Origin: a virus | Lineage: Duplodnaviria; Caudoviricetes | Strand: one strand, 5' to 3' | DNA length: 64,000 bases | IMG/VR virus record: IMGVR_UViG_3300037067_006298 | Span: 12,667-76,666 of that record | In this document: piece by piece, positions 1-10,670 of the stretch | Layout of the letters: the number at the start of each line of letters is the position of its first letter | How positions within the stretch are numbered: position 1 is the first letter of the stretch | Position numbers and translations under genes: made by a program | Notes under the pieces: generated by a model | Told to the model about the DNA's origin: nothing | Seen by the model: the letters and a program-made list of their open reading frames with translations, nothing else | Databases searched by the model: none

Positions 1-945
1 TGCTTCCCTGTCGTCAGCAAGACGAATGATACCTTTAACCGGAAACGAACATAGGTTCTGATAGCACTCATCAACTCCCGTTTTGCCAAGTGCTTGAAGT
101 TTCTTGTCCTCTTTATTGACTCCCTTATAAACCTCATTGATATCCTTATAACCTACCGGATATTGTATGTATTTGCATTTTTCCTTACCGAGTATGAGTG
201 CAATATGATTACGCAACTTAATGCCTGGTGCATCTCCATCTGTTGAAAGAATAAACAATTCAACATCCGCTAATACACTCTGTACGTATTTATTAGTCAG
301 ATAATCAAATTCATGCTCAAATTTAGTTGCCTCAACACTTGGAGCACCGGAAGGAACACTTATGATATTTTTGTATTCGCATTGTTCCCATGTAAGGGCA
401 TCCACGTGTCCCTCGGTAATCGTTACTACCTTTTTTTCTCCTTCGACAAAATTTAGTTTATCAATTCCCCAAGGCAGACTCATTGTACCATATTCTTTTT
501 TGAGATTCCACCACTTAGGAGAGTCCTGTCCTTTTTTCCACCGAATATCAAGATATTTAACATCAACAAGAGTTTGACTCATATATGTAGGGAATCCGAG
601 TATCGGCTTACCTGCCATTGTAAATTCGTAAACCCGATGACTTAATGGACGTTTTATATCAATACCACGACCATCCCAATATTCACGAACCTCCTTAGAG
701 TATGTTTCTGCAATTTGCTTTGGCATACGGGACTTTTCTTGCACCTGAGCGAATCGCTCCATGCTTCCTAAATTGCCTTGAAAATTACAGTGATGGCATT
801 TATACCATTGATTATCAGGCTCATTGTTGTACGTTAGGCATCTGACATCTTTGTGATGTTGACGTTTATCATTACACTGAGGACAGATAGTTGTACCCCT
901 TACCTTGGTAGGGTCAATTTTAATATTCAGTTCATCAAATGTCAT
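1..945 (-). CDS. Primase(-helicase), T7 gp4/Twinkle-like; N-terminal zinc finger plus TOPRIM; truncated by the window edge
   Basis: Not in the ORF track. My translation from ATG 945 (overlapping the TGA of the upstream ORF) is open to base 1: MTFDELNIKIDPTKVRGTTICPQCNDKRQHH...WYKCHHCNF (Zn finger), VTITEGHVDALTW and ILSTDGDAPG (TOPRIM acidic motifs). Confidence 0.8.
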   Translation of the reverse strand, partial: MTFDELNIKIDPTKVRGTTICPQCNDKRQHHKDVRCLTYNNEPDNQWYKCHHCNFQGNLGSMERFAQVQEKSRMPKQIAETYSKEVREYWDGRGIDIKRPLSHRVYEFTMAGKPILGFPTYMSQTLVDVKYLDIRWKKGQDSPKWWNLKKEYGTMSLPWGIDKLNFVEGEKKVVTITEGHVDALTWEQCEYKNIISVPSGAPSVEATKFEHEFDYLTNKYVQSVLADVELFILSTDGDAPGIKLRNHIALILGKEKCKYIQYPVGYKDINEVYKGVNKEDKKLQALGKTGVDECYQNLCSFPVKGIIRLADDREA

Positions 946-1277
946 TTGGTTCTTTCGCTAAAAGCATGAAAAAGAACTACTGATTCCCCTATATGTTTAG
1001 GATCTTCTAATATAGGATTAATGGTTTGGATAATTAAAAAAGGAACATAATCTACTTTATTGACAACTATCCATGTTTCATCTTTTATTAAAATCCCATC
1101 ATTAAGAAATATACCTTCTGGTTTATCTACGCTAATTAAAGCCTCAAAATAATATTTAATAGGAGGAATGGGTTTGCTTCTTATTATGTATGTAAACTTT
1201 TGAAATTTTGAAAGCGGTTTCGTAGCAATCTTTTGATTAGTAGTCCACCATTTTAGAATATTAATTGTTAATGTCAT
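942..1277 (-). CDS. Hypothetical protein
   Basis: 111-aa ORF coupled by start/stop overlaps to both neighbours. Confidence 0.6.
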   Translation of the reverse strand: MTLTINILKWWTTNQKIATKPLSKFQKFTYIIRSKPIPPIKYYFEALISVDKPEGIFLNDGILIKDETWIVVNKVDYVPFLIIQTINPILEDPKHIGESVVLFHAFSERTK

Positions 1278-1600
1278 GCTTTCAGAAATTTCTCTGCTTT
1301 CTCGTTACGTACAACGAACTTGGGCCCTTCGTTCAATTCGTCCCTGAAAGGGAAGCAGAAGTCCAGTTCTGTATTGTAGTCATCACCGGACAACGAAGGT
1401 CTTGTTTTGTTTGTGATACTGGATACCGCCAGTTGCGTTAATTGTGCAAATTGATTCACGGTAAACATATTATACCGCATCATTGCTTTGATTTTTTCAA
1501 CGTCAAACCCTGTCCTTTTAGACAGTGATTCAATGAGTTCCGGTTCCGTCTTTACGAACTTGCACTCGATTCCTTTTATAAGTCCAAATTTACCTTCCAT
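1274..1600 (-). CDS. Hypothetical protein, possible HTH
   Basis: 108 aa, directly downstream of a consensus promoter; FTVNQFAQLTQLAVSSITNK is HTH-like. Confidence 0.55.
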   Translation of the reverse strand: MEGKFGLIKGIECKFVKTEPELIESLSKRTGFDVEKIKAMMRYNMFTVNQFAQLTQLAVSSITNKTRPSLSGDDYNTELDFCFPFRDELNEGPKFVVRNEKAEKFLKA

Positions 1601-1622
1601 AATTGCAATTAAATTTATTTGT

Positions 1623-1654
1623 CAAATATATTAACAAATATTATAACACACAAA
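1623..1654 (-). promoter_or_regulatory. Bacteroidota sigma70-type promoter
   Basis: Minus strand TTTG-N20-TATATTTG matches the -33/-7 consensus, just upstream of ATG 1600. Confidence 0.75.
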
Positions 1655-1683
1655 TATTTTTAACAAATTTATTCGTTTAACTG

Positions 1684-1714
1684 AAAATAAAAAGAGCCTT
1701 ATTGCTAAGACTCT
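1684..1714 (-). terminator. Intrinsic terminator ending the late/lysis operon
   Basis: Minus strand AGAGTCTTA-GCAA-TAAGGCTCT hairpin followed by TTTTATTTT. Confidence 0.7.
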
Positions 1715-1739
1715 CATTTTACGCATGGATGATGTGTTT

Positions 1740-2438
1740 TTACAAAACAAAGACTGCGAGTATAATTACCACGCTTGTAGATACTGCCGAAGTAAATCTC
1801 CAAAAGTTTTTTCGGTGTTTCTCCTTGTCTCTCTGTTTCTCTGTATCTTTTATGATCTTATCGTTGTCCTGATTGATCTTCTGACAGTCTGCAAGGTTTT
1901 CTTTCTGTAATCCTATTACCGTCTTTAATCCTGCTTCTATACTGTCTTTTTCAGTTAGATTTAACTTACAGGTGGCAAGTGCTTCTTTATATACAGGGAT
2001 GATTTTCTCTGAACTTCTTGCAACAAGATAATCTGTATGAATGTATTTTATTTGTAATTCATTAAACAAGAATTTAAGTACTCCCGGGTAGTTATAAGCC
2101 ATTTTCTGCAAGAACTGGTACGAACTGTCTGCCGTTATCCCGTTTAGTTGTGAAAGTGCCTCGTTTAAGTCCTGAGAGATGCCTGAGATTATCTTGTCCT
2201 TCTTGACAACTATCTTATCCAGACTATCCGATCTTCGCTCCTGTGCCTCTAATTTGCCCTCTGTGACCTTTATTTTGTCATCTCTCATGGCGACCTGTGT
2301 CTGTAAAGAAGTTTTGTCATATTTTAAGGTGGCAACTTCCGCTTTGAATTTTTTGACTGCCTTCCCTCCGAATAATCCAAACAACCCGATTATTACAATC
2401 AATGCAATAATCAATCCGTTTTTTATTTTATCCTCCAT
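1740..2438 (-). CDS. Spanin-like coiled-coil membrane protein
   Basis: Hydrophobic N- and C-terminal segments flank a long coiled coil; last gene of the holin/endolysin cassette. Confidence 0.5.
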   Translation of the reverse strand: MEDKIKNGLIIALIVIIGLFGLFGGKAVKKFKAEVATLKYDKTSLQTQVAMRDDKIKVTEGKLEAQERRSDSLDKIVVKKDKIISGISQDLNEALSQLNGITADSSYQFLQKMAYNYPGVLKFLFNELQIKYIHTDYLVARSSEKIIPVYKEALATCKLNLTEKDSIEAGLKTVIGLQKENLADCQKINQDNDKIIKDTEKQRDKEKHRKNFWRFTSAVSTSVVIILAVFVL

Positions 2439-2665
2439 GGCTGCGTTGTTTCTGCGGTAAATTTAGTTCCACCTTTGAATAATGTTATTAGCAATGTAGT
2501 AATAGCCATTGACCAAATAGTAAACTCAGGAGAGACAGGTTGAATAGCAACAAAGAAGATATTCAATGCCGGGAGTGCCGTGTATAGCAAGTAATCTGCT
2601 ATCATTTTCCATTTTTTGTTTGACGGTTTTTTTAGATTTGAAATTTTTAATGCTTCCATAATCAT
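2423..2665 (-). CDS. Putative holin
   Basis: 80 aa, two hydrophobic segments, basic N-terminus, adjacent to the endolysin. Confidence 0.55.
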   Translation of the reverse strand: MIMEALKISNLKKPSNKKWKMIADYLLYTALPALNIFFVAIQPVSPEFTIWSMAITTLLITLFKGGTKFTAETTQPWRIK

Positions 2666-2677
2666 AGTTTATTAAGT

Positions 2678-3175
2678 TTACGATAATTGCGGTAAATTTA
2701 CGAATCGTGCTTTGATTGTATATCCATCTGCGATCTTTTCTTCCACGACCTTACGTAGTTCTGCTTTCAATGACCCCTGTATGGTATCCATATCAATAAT
2801 ATTTGCAGCAACTATCACGCATCCTGCCGTATCTTTGTGTGTTTGTCCTCCGTGTGTAAGGCAAGTAGTCCATTTAAGAGGTGGAATAATAATGGTATCC
2901 TTATCTGATTCAGTATGAAAAATGATTGTTTTGCCATAATGAGCATCTTCATACAAAGAAACAAGGCATTCTAATCCTCCCGGCAATGCTGTCTCCCCAT
3001 ATACTTTAATATTTCCCGGGCGACAAGTATCCTCAAGAGTGTTTCCAAAATACTGTTTTATTGGTTGTGGCGGATTTGTAACCAAGATATTATCATAGAG
3101 GAAACTCATCCTTCCAAGTGAAGTCTGTGCGGTGTAATGATACCGTTCTATTAATATCAAGAAAATCTTTTCCAT
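2678..3175 (-). CDS. DUF5675-like putative endolysin (L,D-transpeptidase-like)
   Basis: LIER...TSLG...TLED...KVYGETALP and HGGQTHKDTAGCVIVA His/Cys motif. Confidence 0.7.
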   Translation of the reverse strand: MEKIFLILIERYHYTAQTSLGRMSFLYDNILVTNPPQPIKQYFGNTLEDTCRPGNIKVYGETALPGGLECLVSLYEDAHYGKTIIFHTESDKDTIIIPPLKWTTCLTHGGQTHKDTAGCVIVAANIIDMDTIQGSLKAELRKVVEEKIADGYTIKARFVNLPQLS

Positions 3176-6100
3176 TATTGTTTGGTTTTACGAAATTCCC
3201 TGTCTGCGAGCATCCGTGCCCTGAGTGCTGCATCGTTAGCCATGTCCTGCAATCTACTGACTTCTTTTATCCCTGATGGGGTATCTACCTTTTCCCTGCG
3301 TGAGATACGTCCTCCCATTTCATCCATACCTTCCTGATTCAAGAGATCACGACTGTCAAGTATCCTAATGTATTCAGACCAGTAAATATTAGAATATGCT
3401 TTCTTTTCTTCATCAGTCAATGCCTTTCCTTGCCAGTATTTTGGGATCTCTGGTCTTTTAATTAAGTTATTCTTTTTGAGTAAAGAATATTCTTCAGGGT
3501 AATTTTTCTGAAGATCAATCCCGTCCAATACATTAAACCTTTGATTTTTTCCTGATTCAATGTTCATGTAATTATCCTGCAGGTATTGGTCATTCGGATA
3601 CCATTTCTTATACACCTCGGTCAATCTTTCTATTTCCTGATATACGGGTATCTGTTCTTCAAGAGACTTGCCAATACTCTTGTCTCTTAACTTAACTGCT
3701 GCCTTATATATGCTTTCCTGTGCTTCTGGACTCAATTCCTTGTCCTCTGCCTCTTTGATTGTTTTGTAGAATACACTCTGAGCGTCACCCATCTTTGTTG
3801 CTAATGATGCGTATTTACTTGTCAGGTAGTTAAGGTTTCGTTCAACATAATTCTTTATTTCCGGCTTATCGAACTGCTGAATCTTTATGACATTATTTAT
3901 TATAGCATCAAACCATGTTCTCTTTCTTCCATAATAATCGAGTTGCCCTGTGGCTCCTGCAATAACATCACGAGTTCCTTTGTAAAATGGCATTTGACTC
4001 CTGAGAGCATAATTGATTACATTCCATACTTTTATTTCTGTTGGAGTGTTCGGGTCTGTAAATGCCGTTTTTTTAGGATCTGAAATTGACATTCCTCTGA
4101 AATCCTTATCTGCAATAACAGAACCAAGCCAACCCCATGTAGCATCTGCAAATGCTGGTAATGGGAACATCTTTCCTTCTTCTTTCTGCTGGAACTGGAT
4201 TGGCATGAATTTACTCAATTCAGATAACTCCATTTCGCTATCCCCTCGATTATACAGATATAACGGTGAAAGATAACGAGCAACATTCACTTCTCGTTTC
4301 CCTACCTTAAAACTCAACGGGATATCTACAAATGGGATGCGTGGGACTCCCTTTCTCTGTTCTCTTATCATCTGTTCTTCTTCCGTCTCTCCTGATAATG
4401 CACTCGATAAATTACCAAGCATCTTAATCATCATAACAGTACCTATCGTGGTAAGAGGAGTGGTTAACATATTATTCACCAGGATTCGTTGAAGGTCTGC
4501 TTGAAATTTAACAAAAGTTGGACCAAACAATGGAATCTTTGATGCTATATCCCATGTCTTTCCTACCGTGGCATAGTTCTGGAAAGCATCATATCCACGC
4601 CTAATCGCTTGTTCGTGAGTCAATCCCTGTCTTCTATAAATCTGATATGCAGATATTTTTGCAAGATTATCAGCACCCACGTATGCTTTAGTCGCAAACT
4701 CATCAAATTTTCCAAATGCCCCCTGTTCTGGATTTAATATATCTAACGGCTTTAACTCTCCCGTCATTGCTACTGGCCCTATGTAACCTGCCTTTAATAG
4801 ACTTTCATAAAGGGCAGGATTCCTTTTGGAGATATTACGATTATCATACATTCCTTTTATAAACATAAATGGATTAATGCCATTTATTGTTGCAAAGAAC
4901 ACGTTACCTGTAATATTACCTGTTTGAACAAAAGGATTGTAAACCGTTCGGTATTTTTTATAGAACTGATTAAGTTTTGTTCGGTCAAGCATTTTAACTG
5001 CATCGTAAGTGGTATTCACCAATGCGTTCTGATAAAAGAATCCAGTAAAGTCTTCTACGATATGGTTTGCTACAACCTTATTTCTGAAAGGTCCCCACGC
5101 ATACGATGATCCCATTCGCCTGAATCCTTTTGGAATTTCTGCATTTTTAGGAAGTGTCAATACATATTCAGGATGATTAGTAATTACGGCATCCATATAT
5201 TGCTTTATTGCCACATTCTGAATAGTCTGCATGATTCGCTTGGCTACAATATAAGTTGGATCTTTTATTGCATGTTCTCGTCTCCATTCATCTGATTTTA
5301 CAACATCCTTGCTTTCAGTATATTGTTCGGAAGTAATTTCTCCATTATCTCGTGCCTCTTTTAATGCTTCGATACTATCGTATTCATGTCCATTAATTTC
5401 AACAACCCCATTAAGTTCCTTCCTTGCCTTGTAGATGTCTGCTGCTATCTTGCTTGTATATGAATCATTACCTCTCTCAGCAAATTCTCTTATTGCAGGA
5501 TCAGAAAGTATGTCCATCTCAAACTTATCATACATTCTGGCAATATAGTTTGAACTGCCTGTAACGTCCTTGAATTTTAGATAGGTTTTTGTAGGGATTA
5601 ATCCATTCGCATAGGTTATCTCGTGCCCCCATGTCATCCATTCTTTTAAAGCAAAATAAAGATTTTTTTCTGCTAATCCTAAATCTCCATATGTCAATGG
5701 ATTTTCTGTTGGTTTCGTTGCGAGTGTTGGATCGAGTACTGACCATACTCTTACGAGTGAATCCCAATCGCCTTTTACCATTGCTCTCCAACTATCTAAC
5801 AAGTTACGAGCCTTGTATTTTCCGTATTCTCTTGCACCTGACATTTCGAGTTTCCCTATTTGTCCGGGGATTCCTGATCCGTGCATGTCTTTCTGTGTTC
5901 TTAATAATCCATTATAAAGATTAGTTAGAACTTTTGTTGACCACCTGAGTTCGTCAGATTGGCTTGTCACTCCTTTTTTTAATTGTTTTGCAATAGTATT
6001 TGCAAGTGCGGTTCTTACAGGATCAAGCACCTTCCATTGAGCCGTTCCTGCTTTACTCCAAAGATCAGGGAATAGTTTCATGTGTAATTCGCTATTCTTA

Positions 6101-9100
6101 TCATCTATGTCCTTTTTGATCTGATCTTCTATGTCATTGGCTCCTCTATCAATACGATTAGTAATATCCTTTACATTATTTTCAGCATTATTTCTGAGTC
6201 CTTCTTCAAATTTCCCTACATCTTCACGTAACTGCTTCGACTCTTCAAATGTGATCTCTCCCTTGTCAAGAGCATCCAATACTTGATCTATCTCAGTGTA
6301 TGTCTTGTCTTTGAACTTAATGCCTTGTGGTGTTGGTTCGGCTTTCTTTTCAGCGATAGGTGCTTCTATTACAGAAGGTGTCCCTGCCTTTACCTCTTTT
6401 GCATAATAGTATTCCTTCAGAAGTTTCTCCGATGCCTTGGCAATATCACCTCTTCCATCCATTAACTTCTTGCCACTCATGTCAAAGAACTGATAGACTC
6501 CTTTTTTTTGTACTACCTTGACCACGGGTTGCCCGTTTTTATTCTGCAACCAAAAGCCTTCCGGATTCTTTACTGCACTCCATCCGTATTTTGATACTGC
6601 ATCATTGAGAACATTAGCCTCGGCGACTCTCTCTGCTCTTTTTTCAGCGACTCTTTTTTTTGCTTCTTCCGATGATATGGATTGTCTTCTTTGCAACTCA
6701 TCATTTATAGAGGTGTATCTGTCGTGTTCTGTCTGAGTTAACGTACCAATACCTGAATTACTCCCAGTTAGCGGAGTATTGCTATTGATGATATTTTGTT
6801 CTCGTTCCTTAATTAGTTTACTGATAGCATCGCTTTCGGTATTCAATTCCACATCAGACATTTCGGCAATTGGTTTCCCCTTGACAGGTTCTTTAAATCC
6901 CAAAGTCTGTTGTTTCAAAATTTCTCCGATCTTGGATTCTCTCTCTTTATTGAGTGCATCAATCTCTTTCGTGAGTTGTGCCTGTCTTTCTTCAAAAGGT
7001 TTCCTTACTGCCTCCAATGACACGTTAAATCCCTGTTCTTCTCTCTTTATTATCTCATCCTTTTCGATAGGTGTCATGTCGCCGAATATCCCATTGCGTT
7101 CATTAGCCTTCTTTATTGCACGGTCAATCTGATTAGGGATGCTTTCAAGTTCTTTCTGCTTATCGACAATCTTAGTGTCGTATTCCTTGTCAATAACCTC
7201 TATTTGCCTTTGTTTAACAGGGTCGGTTGTTCTGACAGGTTTTTCTTCACCTTTTGCAATAACTGGTTTTTGTACTGCTTCTGCGCTTCCTGGTAACTGA
7301 TTTTCTTCTCCCTTGCTAATTGGAGGATTTGGTTCGTTGTTGACTGGTTTTTCATTAGATATAGGTTCGTTCTTTAATTCTTGTTCTTTTCTTGCTTTTA
7401 TTTCAAGTTTCTTTTTTGCAGTCCATTCAGATATTGCACGGACTTCATCAATCCCGGGCCACGATGTTGTTTCTCTATCAAACCATCCGGTGTTGATTTC
7501 TCCTTGTTCGTTAATTGCCACCTTGTCAAGGTGGTCAAATAGTTCTTGTTTGTTCTTATAAGTAACTCCTTCTACAACTAACTCTTTCGGAGTTCCTTCA
7601 TCTTTTCCACGTGCTTCTTGGCCTTCAGGTAACTTATTGCTGCTGCCTCGATTGACTGCTTGCGCACCGGCTTCTTCGTCTGCCCATGCTTGTTCTGATT
7701 TAAGTCTGTCTTTGTACTCATCTTCAAAGTGTTTTTTATAGTCCTGTAACTCTGATTTATCAATTAATCCTGATTCAACTGCTTTGTCAAGTTGTTCTAA
7801 TCCGAATCCTCCATTTTCTTCAACAAAAGCATTGAATTTTTTATCATTAATCTGAGTAGTTAGTTCTTTTGCGGGTATTTCTATTTCCGGTTGCGCTTCT
7901 CCCCTGAACTTCATTGCACCTGTCTTATACATATCTCCAAGTGCATCAACTACTCTCTGGGTGTTCTGATTAGTCTTTCCTGCAAGCAAGTCATCTACTG
8001 CCTTATCTAATGCTTCCCCATATACCGGAATGTCTAATCCGTACAGGTGTTCTTTCGCTTTCAGTAAGGTTGCGGTAAACTTCTTTTGTTCTACATCGGG
8101 TATATCATCAAGTTTCTGGTATTCTCCTTTTGTCGCAGTTCTTTTTATATTCTTGCCATTGCTATTAATAATAGTCAAGTCAGTTCCTTCCATCTTCATC
8201 TGATGTCCTGATTCTGGAAGTAATCCCTGTATTTGGCGCATCACGGCTGCACGTTTCTTATTGTATGACTTTGGAATAGAATTATATTCATCCCTGAGAT
8301 CGGCAAGTCTATCATTCAATCTGGCTTTCTTTGCTTCCGGTGTTTCTTTTGGTGCTTCTGTGGGTTTCCATTTAGAAAGCATCTCGTCCCTTTTTGCTGC
8401 AACCACTTCTTTCGTGCTACCTTCTGGTACTAACATCTGAGTTCTTGCACCATTTGGAGTTGTTACATCATAAGCATCCCATTTTTTACCCTCACCGTAA
8501 TCCTGTGTCCCTGCGGGATTAATTCCAAGTTCCTTCCCTATTTCTTCAGGAGTTTGTGCTTTTACTTCTTCTTTTGGTGTAATTTCATTTTCTTTTTCCT
8601 TTGCTACTGATTCTGGTACTTTTAATTCTCCAATATTTAATGAAGTTGTACCCTTGTCTTTTACTTCATATTTTTCCAAAGGTGTACTAAAAATGTCTAT
8701 ACGTGCTTTCTTTGCCTCCTTAATCTGGTTCTCTAATGCTTCAATCTTTGCTGCTTTAACGTCTGGTTCAATGTCGGTTTTTTCATTCCAATAACCAAGT
8801 TCATTTTCCAGACTCTTTATGTTTTCAGAGATAGGTTGAGATTCGAGTATTCTCGGATCAACCATATTTACAGTATTGTTAATCTTATTTGTCCAAATCT
8901 TCTTTTCTCTGGCAGACAATGTCTGGTCTGAATTGATATTCTCGATAAATGCTTTTGGATTTTTAAGTATTTGATTTGTCGTGAAGGCAATATCAATGGT
9001 ATTATCAACTATGTTTTTTTGCCACAATAACTTATCCTTCTGTTCTCCCTCGTATTTCTTTGATTTCTCATAGAGTTCATTCGATTCCTTTCTTAATTTG

Positions 9101-10668
9101 AATGGATCAATTTTCTGTGAAGCAACCATGCGGATATTATTATCTGTGGCAGTCATCCAGTTTAGCATTGCCTTTTTTTGCATACCTGCCTTAATCGCTT
9201 CGGGTGCTCCAAGTGCTGAAAATGCAAGTCCTTCCAGTAATCCTTGTTTTGCACTACCCCCCTGTGCTGCGGTTATCCCTCCAAATCCGAGTGAATTTGC
9301 AAGAACTTCTGCGGATTTTGATGTCCACATACCGGCACCAATACTTTTACTGATTTCTCCAATCTCTTTGGCCCAAACACCGAGTCCATTATAAACCATA
9401 CCCTGTGCTGCTGTCTCTAAGCTGGTGGGTACTATTTCTTTTAACTTCTTCCCTTGCTTTGCTTCTTCGATATAAGTCTTTGTTCCAAGATATGCAGGAA
9501 ATTTAATCATGCCCTGCAACCCATATTTAGCGAGCAATGGGGCTTTCATTTCTGGCAGCATACTCATTCCTATCAGATCTGGAATAAACGCACCGGTGCT
9601 TTCCAATGCACGTCCCCATTCATTATTTGGAGTACGTGTCTTTACTGCACTGTCAAGCCATTTGGCTGCACCTTCATATCCTTCTTTCATTATGGAAGAC
9701 TGATTGCCGTACATGCCATTATCAATAGCGGAAGCAACTTGTTCCATGTATTTCTGAGTAGTTTCAGAATCGTATCCTTTTAATTTGGCACCAACTTTAA
9801 CACCTGTCATTGCTGCCTCTTTCTTCATTTGCTCCGGGACTTCATTTAGGATATAACCAATATCCCGAATCATATTAGCAGTACCCTTATAAATTCCATT
9901 TATTACTGCCCCTGTATAAGATTCTCTGTACTGCGGTGTTGGTTTATAGAGTCCTGCATCTTCCAATTTCTTATCAAAGTCAATTTTCTCATCAACGTCA
10001 ATAAGTCTATCGGTATTAACATCAGGTTTTAACCCAACAACATCAGGTGTGACTCCTCTTTTTTTCAAATAATCATCAACGGTAAAAAGATATGGTTCCC
10101 TAACATCAAGTTTTGCAAGGGTTTTATCAACTGGAGTTGTGGTTTCTTCCGGTTTCTTTTCCTTTATTTCTTTTAAGGAAGGGACTTCTTTTACCTCTTT
10201 TGGTTTCCCAATAGTTTCCGGTTCTCCCATTTGACGTGGATTAATTCCGGTTTGTTCAGAAATATCTTCTACCTCTTTGCCCAAAGGGATACCCAATGCT
10301 TTAGAAACATCAGTCCAATGAGGATATTGAAGTGTCTCGGGATTATCTATCTGTTCTGGATTTGCTTCTTTGGAAGTATTGCTTTCCAGTTTCGGAATGT
10401 CACCTGCTACTTTTGAAAAAATGTCTCCAAGAATTTTTGAACTCGGCAAACCATATTCTGAAACGTCTTTTTTTTTTAATCCAAGATCAGAGACAAAGGT
10501 TTCGTAATCCGGCATCTCATATTTATCTGCCACCAAAGCATCATAAAAGGTTTTTGATTTTGCGGGATCTTTTAATGTCTGTTCAAATGTAGCATAGTCA
10601 GGTACTCCATAATTGGACTTTACCAGACTCTCGTGAAATGCCTCTAATTTCGGATTGTTATTTTCCAT
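3175..10668 (-). CDS. Giant internal virion/ejected cargo protein (2497 aa)
   Basis: Position after the tail genes; helical, charged composition; duplicated N-terminal PDYxTF motif; C-terminal region resembles large polyvalent virion proteins. Confidence 0.6.
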   Translation of the reverse strand: MENNNPKLEAFHESLVKSNYGVPDYATFEQTLKDPAKSKTFYDALVADKYEMPDYETFVSDLGLKKKDVSEYGLPSSKILGDIFSKVAGDIPKLESNTSKEANPEQIDNPETLQYPHWTDVSKALGIPLGKEVEDISEQTGINPRQMGEPETIGKPKEVKEVPSLKEIKEKKPEETTTPVDKTLAKLDVREPYLFTVDDYLKKRGVTPDVVGLKPDVNTDRLIDVDEKIDFDKKLEDAGLYKPTPQYRESYTGAVINGIYKGTANMIRDIGYILNEVPEQMKKEAAMTGVKVGAKLKGYDSETTQKYMEQVASAIDNGMYGNQSSIMKEGYEGAAKWLDSAVKTRTPNNEWGRALESTGAFIPDLIGMSMLPEMKAPLLAKYGLQGMIKFPAYLGTKTYIEEAKQGKKLKEIVPTSLETAAQGMVYNGLGVWAKEIGEISKSIGAGMWTSKSAEVLANSLGFGGITAAQGGSAKQGLLEGLAFSALGAPEAIKAGMQKKAMLNWMTATDNNIRMVASQKIDPFKLRKESNELYEKSKKYEGEQKDKLLWQKNIVDNTIDIAFTTNQILKNPKAFIENINSDQTLSAREKKIWTNKINNTVNMVDPRILESQPISENIKSLENELGYWNEKTDIEPDVKAAKIEALENQIKEAKKARIDIFSTPLEKYEVKDKGTTSLNIGELKVPESVAKEKENEITPKEEVKAQTPEEIGKELGINPAGTQDYGEGKKWDAYDVTTPNGARTQMLVPEGSTKEVVAAKRDEMLSKWKPTEAPKETPEAKKARLNDRLADLRDEYNSIPKSYNKKRAAVMRQIQGLLPESGHQMKMEGTDLTIINSNGKNIKRTATKGEYQKLDDIPDVEQKKFTATLLKAKEHLYGLDIPVYGEALDKAVDDLLAGKTNQNTQRVVDALGDMYKTGAMKFRGEAQPEIEIPAKELTTQINDKKFNAFVEENGGFGLEQLDKAVESGLIDKSELQDYKKHFEDEYKDRLKSEQAWADEEAGAQAVNRGSSNKLPEGQEARGKDEGTPKELVVEGVTYKNKQELFDHLDKVAINEQGEINTGWFDRETTSWPGIDEVRAISEWTAKKKLEIKARKEQELKNEPISNEKPVNNEPNPPISKGEENQLPGSAEAVQKPVIAKGEEKPVRTTDPVKQRQIEVIDKEYDTKIVDKQKELESIPNQIDRAIKKANERNGIFGDMTPIEKDEIIKREEQGFNVSLEAVRKPFEERQAQLTKEIDALNKERESKIGEILKQQTLGFKEPVKGKPIAEMSDVELNTESDAISKLIKEREQNIINSNTPLTGSNSGIGTLTQTEHDRYTSINDELQRRQSISSEEAKKRVAEKRAERVAEANVLNDAVSKYGWSAVKNPEGFWLQNKNGQPVVKVVQKKGVYQFFDMSGKKLMDGRGDIAKASEKLLKEYYYAKEVKAGTPSVIEAPIAEKKAEPTPQGIKFKDKTYTEIDQVLDALDKGEITFEESKQLREDVGKFEEGLRNNAENNVKDITNRIDRGANDIEDQIKKDIDDKNSELHMKLFPDLWSKAGTAQWKVLDPVRTALANTIAKQLKKGVTSQSDELRWSTKVLTNLYNGLLRTQKDMHGSGIPGQIGKLEMSGAREYGKYKARNLLDSWRAMVKGDWDSLVRVWSVLDPTLATKPTENPLTYGDLGLAEKNLYFALKEWMTWGHEITYANGLIPTKTYLKFKDVTGSSNYIARMYDKFEMDILSDPAIREFAERGNDSYTSKIAADIYKARKELNGVVEINGHEYDSIEALKEARDNGEITSEQYTESKDVVKSDEWRREHAIKDPTYIVAKRIMQTIQNVAIKQYMDAVITNHPEYVLTLPKNAEIPKGFRRMGSSYAWGPFRNKVVANHIVEDFTGFFYQNALVNTTYDAVKMLDRTKLNQFYKKYRTVYNPFVQTGNITGNVFFATINGINPFMFIKGMYDNRNISKRNPALYESLLKAGYIGPVAMTGELKPLDILNPEQGAFGKFDEFATKAYVGADNLAKISAYQIYRRQGLTHEQAIRRGYDAFQNYATVGKTWDIASKIPLFGPTFVKFQADLQRILVNNMLTTPLTTIGTVMMIKMLGNLSSALSGETEEEQMIREQRKGVPRIPFVDIPLSFKVGKREVNVARYLSPLYLYNRGDSEMELSELSKFMPIQFQQKEEGKMFPLPAFADATWGWLGSVIADKDFRGMSISDPKKTAFTDPNTPTEIKVWNVINYALRSQMPFYKGTRDVIAGATGQLDYYGRKRTWFDAIINNVIKIQQFDKPEIKNYVERNLNYLTSKYASLATKMGDAQSVFYKTIKEAEDKELSPEAQESIYKAAVKLRDKSIGKSLEEQIPVYQEIERLTEVYKKWYPNDQYLQDNYMNIESGKNQRFNVLDGIDLQKNYPEEYSLLKKNNLIKRPEIPKYWQGKALTDEEKKAYSNIYWSEYIRILDSRDLLNQEGMDEMGGRISRREKVDTPSGIKEVSRLQDMANDAALRARMLADREFRKTKQ

Positions 10669-10670
10669 CT

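Noticed and set aside
3175-10668. Virion RNA polymerase call
   Set aside because: No DxDxD catalytic motif found.
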